From the NCBI GenBank assembly GCA_027001995.1, contig JALTLO010000084.1:1-23288 (forward strand): a stretch of 23,288 nt of DNA. Reading direction: 5' to 3'. Within the stretch, counting starts at the first letter, position 1. Every line of letters starts with the position of its first letter. This DNA comes from Planctomycetota bacterium (GTDB lineage: Bacteria; Planctomycetota; GCA-002687715; DRQF01). Position numbers and translations under genes: made by a program. Below the pieces are notes generated by a model. That model did no database searches. It had not been told where the DNA came from and was given only the letters and a program-made list of their open reading frames with translations. Below, one piece after another: positions 18,186-23,288 of this stretch.

Positions 18186-18671
18186 TCTCGACTGTTCGAA
18201 ACTGACGGGGACGAGACGTGAGCGCCGCGACCCTGATTCGGAAGCTCGACTGGCGGTCATGGTTCGCAACCTGAGATGCCCGGCCCGAGATGAAGCCGGG
18301 TGGATCAAGGAAGCCCAAGATCTCTATGATGGATTGAGCCGAGAGTGCGAGAGTGACAATGACGAGCCTTGCAGTTTGACTCCTGAGTTCTCGGAGTTCG
18401 TCCTGGAGCTGAGAGCCGAGCGCTTTAAGCCGGCTTCTAATAACCCCCGCCCCTACACAGCGAATATCGAGGATGCTTCCCTAACTCGGATCGACCTTGT
18501 TGCCTATGGGCGCTCAAGAAGAACATGTGGGTGTGGTACGCCTGGTCGAATGAGCGGGGATGGGACGAAGGGGCACGCGCTTGGAAGTGGTATGTCGAGA
18601 AGGCCAAAGCACTTTCGTACGATCTAAGAACCGCCCGGCCGGTTGCTGGCAAAAACGAGGCCGAGGCATGA
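18178..18671 (+). CDS. Hypothetical protein, probably frameshifted at ~18510 (or followed by a separate 48-aa ORF 18525..18671)
   Basis: GGAG RBS and ATG 18178. The alternative frame ALKKNMWVWYAWSNERGWDEGARAWKWYVEKAKALSYDLRTARPVAGKNEAEA* ends in an ATGA overlap at 18668-18671. Confidence 0.45.
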
Positions 18672-18787
18672 AAGTTGTAAGGCAGCCGCGACGCTTCGTA
18701 CCTTGGGGACAAGGCTGTTGTTACCGCGATGAGCCAACCGATCCCAAGAACAAGAATGGTCCAGATTTGGCGACCTTGGCGCAGTGA
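18668..18787 (+). CDS. Small hypothetical protein (39 aa)
   Basis: GAGG RBS and ATGA overlap; MKVVRQPRRFVPWGQGCCYRDEPTDPKNKNGPDLATLAQ. Confidence 0.3.
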   Translation: MKVVRQPRRFVPWGQGCCYRDEPTDPKNKNGPDLATLAQ

Positions 18788-18815
18788 GACGTCTGAAAGA
18801 GGAGTGATACCGAAT

Positions 18816-19271
18816 ATGAAGAGGCTACCCAGAATTCATCGGCCGCTTACGGAGGTTGAGCATGCAGTGCTTTGGGACCGCATTGTCAGCTCCATCCTCT
18901 ACTCCAAAGAGATCGCCGAGGCCTTTCAGCGATTCAATCGACGGTTGCGGTCCAGGAACGTTACTCTTGACAGCTGCGCAGGTGGAGTCGTCTCTTGCGC
19001 GAAGGCAGATGAAGGGCCATTGATCCGGCAACTGATCATCATGGACATGATGCGACACAAGCCAACACGAAGTTACTACTTTGAGATTCAGGACGACAGC
19101 AACGGCACCCTCAGAGCTTGGAATGAACTGTATGGAGAAGCGAGATGGTGGGAGAGTGAGGTGATTGTGCGTTTCCGGAAGGACACTCTGGTGCGGGTTC
19201 GTAATCAATTAGCAAAGGCCATCGGGAGGATCTCAAAGGTACGAAGGAAGCGCTCGGCCTTTGAATATTGA
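18816..19271 (+). CDS. Hypothetical basic protein
   Basis: AGAGGAG RBS before ATG 18816; last gene of the co-oriented cluster. Confidence 0.6.
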   Translation: MKRLPRIHRPLTEVEHAVLWDRIVSSILYSKEIAEAFQRFNRRLRSRNVTLDSCAGGVVSCAKADEGPLIRQLIIMDMMRHKPTRSYYFEIQDDSNGTLRAWNELYGEARWWESEVIVRFRKDTLVRVRNQLAKAIGRISKVRRKRSAFEY

Positions 19272-19337
19272 GCCTCCCAGAATGATCTCGCAATGCTGAT
19301 TATCGTGCGCCAGGAGTGGTTGGTGCATTTACGACGA

Positions 19338-19727
19338 TCAGAGTCGCGTCAAAAACGTGTAGCAGAGAAAGGCGTGGGCGGAAAGAAGCGCGCCCATTTT
19401 CCCGCAATACATCGCAAAAGCAGGCCTGTCAAGCGTCTCGGGTTTCGTGTACTCGCCCTCGATCGTGTCATTCATCTTGAGAAGTTCGTCTTGTCGCCCT
19501 TCAACCCACCGTCGCAAGACAAAAGCTGCAACCACGTATTGCAGCACATCGAGCAAAAAGAACGTTGCAAGCAAGAGGAACGCAACTGATACGGCAGTTG
19601 GCATCTGGTTATTCGGCAATCGGAATGCCCACCCCATAGCGATCCCTGCGAAAGCCAAATTCCTGCAATTCGACGACGCGGCCTGGGTGTAGTCAACGTA
19701 TGGCTTCCAGGCCTCCGTGTTGTTCAT
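19338..19727 (-). CDS. Small three-TM membrane protein
   Basis: YTQAASSNCRNLAFAGIAMGWAF / AFLLLATFFLLDVLQYVVAAF / KMGALLSAHAFLCYTF hydrophobic segments; ATGA-coupled start. Confidence 0.75.
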   Translation of the reverse strand: MNNTEAWKPYVDYTQAASSNCRNLAFAGIAMGWAFRLPNNQMPTAVSVAFLLLATFFLLDVLQYVVAAFVLRRWVEGRQDELLKMNDTIEGEYTKPETLDRPAFAMYCGKMGALLSAHAFLCYTFLTRL

Positions 19728-19828
19728 TTCGACTTCTCCGTCGCTGGCGGATTGCCTCTTGTCCCTGGGTTTCCCGTCGGCTTGGGTTGCGGTCTTGGGT
19801 CTGGATTCTTGGGGCTTGGTTTCTTCAT
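19724..19828 (-). CDS. 34-aa Pro/Lys-rich peptide (absent from the ORF track)
   Basis: MKKPSPKNPDPRPQPKPTGNPGTRGNPPATEKSK*. ATGA overlaps at both ends (19828-19825 and 19727-19724); purine-rich RBS. Confidence 0.65.
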   Translation of the reverse strand: MKKPSPKNPDPRPQPKPTGNPGTRGNPPATEKSK

Positions 19829-20826
19829 TTCTCTTCTACTCCGAATTCAGTTTTCTGCGCTTCTGTTTGATAAGCCCTCATTATCTCGTCCTTCGAGAAT
19901 GGGACCACATCCCCTTCTTTGATCGCAGGACCGATGGAGAAATCCAACGTGCCGACCGAACGCTCCCATGGAGCAGCGAAGAATGATTCGTCGCCTGTTA
20001 TTCTCAGATTCTGTTCTTCAGCATCACCGCCAATGCAGCGCAGGAAGCTGACGACATTGCGAATCGATGCGGCCAGAAGACGGAGTCCTGCTGCGACATT
20101 CTGCGGGTCCCAATTGACCGATGTACGGGAAACCGAGAAATTGTGTTTTCCAAGCCGATGAGATTTGAGGAAGGAAGATCCGAACGCACTTCCGCCGAGC
20201 GACACCATGTTCTCTCGTGGTGCAGGTTCGTCGATTGACTCCTGCTTTCCGATTGCAAGCTGAAACCCTCCAGATCGGATTCTCAATCCATGTTTGATTG
20301 AATTGTACTCAGAGTCCAGTCGGCCTTGGGTGAACTCCGTTGCGCACCTCGTCCACGCGATGCCGAAGTGCTTCTTGCAAGTCAACAATTCGGGGGGTGA
20401 AGTCAAGTTCTTGCCATGAATCAGTGACGAAAGGCCTGACCAACTGACAAAGTTGGGGTCCAATTTGGTATCAACGGGTTCGCCTTGAGAGATTTTCTTG
20501 ACCACCGCCTTGAGCTCAGAAACCTTGTAGTTCAACATCCAACCGACAGGGAAGCTCGGTGATTGGACGCAAGACGCGAGAAGCGCAAACATGGTCTCCA
20601 TCGCTTGCGAGTAGGAAATGCGCAACGCAATGCCCGCGTGATGAGCGCCCTTCCCTTCCTCAACGACTCTTGGTTCAAGCACATCCGCCAGGAATTCGAA
20701 ATATGAAGGGTCAATTGACTTCAGAAATTCCAGGTTCACAGCCTGATGGTCCCTGTCGCAGAATGCCTGGGGCCTGGTGTCGATGGCGAAGCAGATGCCA
20801 GCAATCTTGGTCATTCTCTCATTCAC
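19825..20826 (-). CDS. Hypothetical protein with HEPN-like motif
   Basis: Helical N-terminal region and SEYNSIKHG, a variant of the HEPN R/N-x4-H signature. Start is GTG 20826 or ATG 20814. Confidence 0.6.
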   Translation of the reverse strand: MNERMTKIAGICFAIDTRPQAFCDRDHQAVNLEFLKSIDPSYFEFLADVLEPRVVEEGKGAHHAGIALRISYSQAMETMFALLASCVQSPSFPVGWMLNYKVSELKAVVKKISQGEPVDTKLDPNFVSWSGLSSLIHGKNLTSPPELLTCKKHFGIAWTRCATEFTQGRLDSEYNSIKHGLRIRSGGFQLAIGKQESIDEPAPRENMVSLGGSAFGSSFLKSHRLGKHNFSVSRTSVNWDPQNVAAGLRLLAASIRNVVSFLRCIGGDAEEQNLRITGDESFFAAPWERSVGTLDFSIGPAIKEGDVVPFSKDEIMRAYQTEAQKTEFGVEEK

Positions 20827-21189
20827 TCATTCACTCCATTGTCAAGTCGCTTTGGACTTCTCTCCCTGATCGTCTGATTCAATCAGCGGGAAGTCGATGG
20901 TGCTACTCTTGTCGAGCAACCCGAGAGGATATCATCCTTTGGGGACAGAATTCGCCTAATCCCCCGACAGCCAATTCTGGATTGACGAGGATGTCGGTTC
21001 GACAACTACTGCCCTACGGTTACGAACCAAAACGAAGCCTCCCACTAAACCTCAATCAAGCGACCTCCCTTCCCTCAGTCGATCGAACGCCTTCAATCGC
21101 TCTCTTGTTGGGAAAGTAATGCCGACTTTCTCGCGATTTCGCCTGTCGCGACTGTTCTTCGACGTCCCACATGTATTCATTGCCGAGAT

Positions 21190-21630
21190 TTCGTCATCTG
21201 GAATCGAACCAGTCGTGCGACGCAATTCCGCGCGTGGTCACGTCGGTTGCACGAACCATTGGTGGCTGCCCGGGTACCAGCGCCAGGTCGCGTTGTCGAA
21301 GAGCTCAAGCACCTCTTGGTGCCCCCTCGCGCAACCTTGACTGCGCCGCTGCGCCTTTGCCTTGCGTACGGGCAAAACAGGACAATTCATCCCTGGATTT
21401 ATGTCGGACGTGGAAATTCCTTCAAATGGATGAGCAATTCAATGCGAGACGAACTCATCCAAAAGGACAAGGAACGAGAACTTGCACGAACAATCCCGCA
21501 ATCGGTGCTCGCAGGGACAATCCCACTTCTTGGACCGAAATTTGGCCTCCATGTCGGATCCTCCTCCGAATCGAAACTGAAACTAACCTGGAATGGTGCA
21601 TTCCTCATCCGCGAGGTCTACGACCTTTGA
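21190..21630 (+). CDS. Hypothetical protein, 'TWNGAF' family paralog B (start uncertain, possibly degenerate)
   Basis: Frame open from 21049. Similarity to paralog A begins upstream of the TTG at 21247 (IWN...FRAW..LHEP). Confidence 0.55.
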   Translation, partial: FVIWNRTSRATQFRAWSRRLHEPLVAARVPAPGRVVEELKHLLVPPRATLTAPLRLCLAYGQNRTIHPWIYVGRGNSFKWMSNSMRDELIQKDKERELARTIPQSVLAGTIPLLGPKFGLHVGSSSESKLKLTWNGAFLIREVYDL

Positions 21631-21722
21631 CACTCAATGACCGCGTCACACTGTTCAGGGGCGTTCACGAAAATTTACCTTTGTTCACTGTTATTGATCG
21701 CGAATGTCCCCATCCTAGGGGC

Positions 21723-21935
21723 ATGAACAAGAAAACTGATCAACACCTCCTAACCGTCGAGCAAGTCGCGGAGATCTGTGCGATTTCGCCACAGACCGTC
21801 CGTCGTTGGCTCCGCCTCGGCCACCTCCGCGCCGTCAAGTTGAGTCCTGGCCGACGCAATGGGTGCGTTCGCGTACGCGAAGCCGATCTCGCCACATTCA
21901 TCGAACGTGGAATTCGGGAGAACTGCGATGACTAA
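21723..21935 (+). CDS. Excisionase-like HTH_17 (MerR-type wHTH) DNA-binding protein
   Basis: LLTVEQVAEICAISPQTVRRWLRLGHLRAVKL...VRVREADLATFI, 70 aa. Confidence 0.9.
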   Translation: MNKKTDQHLLTVEQVAEICAISPQTVRRWLRLGHLRAVKLSPGRRNGCVRVREADLATFIERGIRENCDD

Positions 21936-22059
21936 GTGTGTCGAGACCCTCGACACATCACTGCTGGGATTGGGGTCCGGGCGTCGACTTACCATCGTCG
22001 CCACGTCTAAGCGGCCTCATCGAGGCAAAACGAAACTCTTGCACGAGGTCACACAATGA
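21928..22059 (+). CDS. Small hypothetical protein (43 aa)
   Basis: GGAG RBS; overlaps the xis stop; its TGA overlaps the ATG at 22056. Confidence 0.45.
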   Translation: MTKCVETLDTSLLGLGSGRRLTIVATSKRPHRGKTKLLHEVTQ

Positions 22060-23288
22060 GCTGGGAATCCGAGATTGAAACAACTGAGCTCCCATTCGGT
22101 CCTCCAAATCCGAATTCGGCGTCACGTGGGCCATGGCTGATCGATCTGGCCGATTACGACGATTGGGCCGAACTTGGTCATAGGGTCCATTGGGACTCAA
22201 ACACCACTGCGGCGATTCGGATGTTAGACGAAAAACTCATCGACGCCGGAGGCATTGCCTTCTCCGAGTACCTTCATCTCATCGACAGGTACACGGACCA
22301 TGACTTCCAGGGCACGGGCCGCGACCGTGTGGTACTTCAGTGCGAACTCACGCCTGCTGTCGCCGAAGCGCTCCGAAAGTTCCTTCAGCCCGAGTCGCTC
22401 GATGCCCTTGTTCCCTGGAGCCTCCCGAAAGGTTTCAGACCTCAGCTCTCGGCTGTTCGCCACGCGGACCCAAGATGCACGGCCGGCCCCGACGGAGATT
22501 CGGCCCTTGCCATTATCTCATTCAACGCCAGCCTCGTTGCGAGCGGCCACGCTCGGCCGACCAGCGTCATCCGATCCGCCCTGCGACGCCTTCGCATCGG
22601 TGGAACACTCGCTGTCTTTGAGCCAAGAGGCGTCTCGTGCACGGCTCTGGAGCGGTACGGCCACATCATTGAGTCACGGAAGGTCGGCGATGGGACTCTC
22701 ACCATCGTGCGCAAGTTCGGCGCGGAAGGGACAGTCGGTCTCGTAAACCCGGACAGCCTGGAGACTGCCATCCGGCACTGGCTTCGACGGAAGCCGAGAC
22801 AGCGGGTCGGCCAACTCCTACGTGAACTCCACCAGCTCGGTGGGAGCATTCCCGAACCAACGGCGGATGCTCTCCGCGCCTCAGCGAAAATCCTGGAATA
22901 TCGCCGGAGCGAGAGCGAACGACTCCCGCTCAGTGAGCGATTGGCAGGGCTCGTCTTCGAGGCCGTCGCCGATCGGGGTCGCCAGTTCTGTATTGCTGAG
23001 TATCGCCCTGCTGCACCTCGGCTTTTCTTCCAGTCGAAGGACCTGCCCGATCACTGGATCGACGAGAATGCCTGGCGGAACAGGCCAGCCGAAGTACAAA
23101 CTCGGTATCGCCGGATCGCGGTCTACGCGCCGCTGGACCGTCTCTTCCTCGGCATCCTGACTCAAAGGCTGACCCGGCGCGTTGATCCCCGTCTGCATCC
23201 GTCGCTCGTCGGCGGCCGACCGGAAAGGAGCATCGGTGACGTCGCCCGTCTCATCATGAAGGCTCTCCGAGGCGACGCGGTCCATCAG
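22056..23288 (+). CDS. Reverse transcriptase-like protein with long N-terminal extension (runs off the window, at least 411 aa)
   Basis: Stop-free frame from ATG 22056 (GAGG RBS). RT0-like LVNPDSLETAIRHWLRRKP, RT1-like EYRPAAPRLFFQSK, RT2-like YRRIAVYAPLDRLFLGILTQRL, RT2a-like DPRLHPSLVGGRPERSIGDVARLIMKALRG. Confidence 0.75.
   Translation, partial: MSWESEIETTELPFGPPNPNSASRGPWLIDLADYDDWAELGHRVHWDSNTTAAIRMLDEKLIDAGGIAFSEYLHLIDRYTDHDFQGTGRDRVVLQCELTPAVAEALRKFLQPESLDALVPWSLPKGFRPQLSAVRHADPRCTAGPDGDSALAIISFNASLVASGHARPTSVIRSALRRLRIGGTLAVFEPRGVSCTALERYGHIIESRKVGDGTLTIVRKFGAEGTVGLVNPDSLETAIRHWLRRKPRQRVGQLLRELHQLGGSIPEPTADALRASAKILEYRRSESERLPLSERLAGLVFEAVADRGRQFCIAEYRPAAPRLFFQSKDLPDHWIDENAWRNRPAEVQTRYRRIAVYAPLDRLFLGILTQRLTRRVDPRLHPSLVGGRPERSIGDVARLIMKALRGDAVHQ

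Larger units (their letters stand above)
6694..23288. mobile_element. Integrated genomic island / satellite-like element(s) at tRNA-Val; other end and integrase outside the window
   Basis: tRNA 3'-half att site with arm-type repeats, xis-like HTH, Rep-like wHTH protein, defence cargo and IS remnant. Confidence 0.7.

Noticed and set aside
21171..21722. 254-aa ORF 21171..21935 as one protein
   Set aside because: Only the last 70 aa are recognisable (HTH_17); the rest overlaps paralog B in another frame.
21600..22056. Group II intron or retron RNA upstream of the RT
   Set aside because: The region is filled by coupled ORFs (xis, 43-aa ORF). No GTGCG intron 5' end or msr-msd-like long inverted repeat was seen. 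The 3' side is outside the window.
22224..23285. Short ORFs on both strands listed in the track (e.g. 22255..22746, 22881..23285)
   Set aside because: They are shadows of the long open + frame from 22056 that carries RT motifs.
1..23288. CRISPR array, DGR template/variable repeats, or integrase gene
   Set aside because: No regularly spaced repeats, no long near-identical repeat pair and no tyrosine or serine recombinase motifs were seen by eye.

Overview
Bacterial window; a planctomycete-like host is only a guess. The left ~3.7 kb is chromosome-like: the end of an ECF sigma factor plus its zinc-binding anti-sigma, an exported thioredoxin/SelN-like gene split by one in-frame UGA with a SECIS-like hairpin (candidate selenoprotein), a broken nitrilase-family gene and an IS3 remnant. 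From ~3.7 kb it is accessory DNA with two tRNA-3'-end-like attachment sites (3735-3756, and a clear tRNA-Val(CAC) 3' half at 6694-6735). Cargo includes an AEP(TOTE)-primase/SF2-helicase fusion, a Mokosh type I-like defence pair (kinase-SF1 helicase plus PLD nuclease, the latter frameshifted near a G8 run, with a palindromic operator on the promoter), a satellite-like module (tandem wHTH Rep-like protein and coupled hypotheticals), a coupled HEPN-like/Pro-rich peptide/membrane-protein operon, and two diverged paralogs of an unknown family. The best lead is missing from the ORF track: an open frame from 22056 to the window end. It is coupled to an excisionase operon and encodes a divergent reverse transcriptase (RT0-RT2a motifs) with a ~228-aa N-terminal extension that carries a methyltransferase-like motif.
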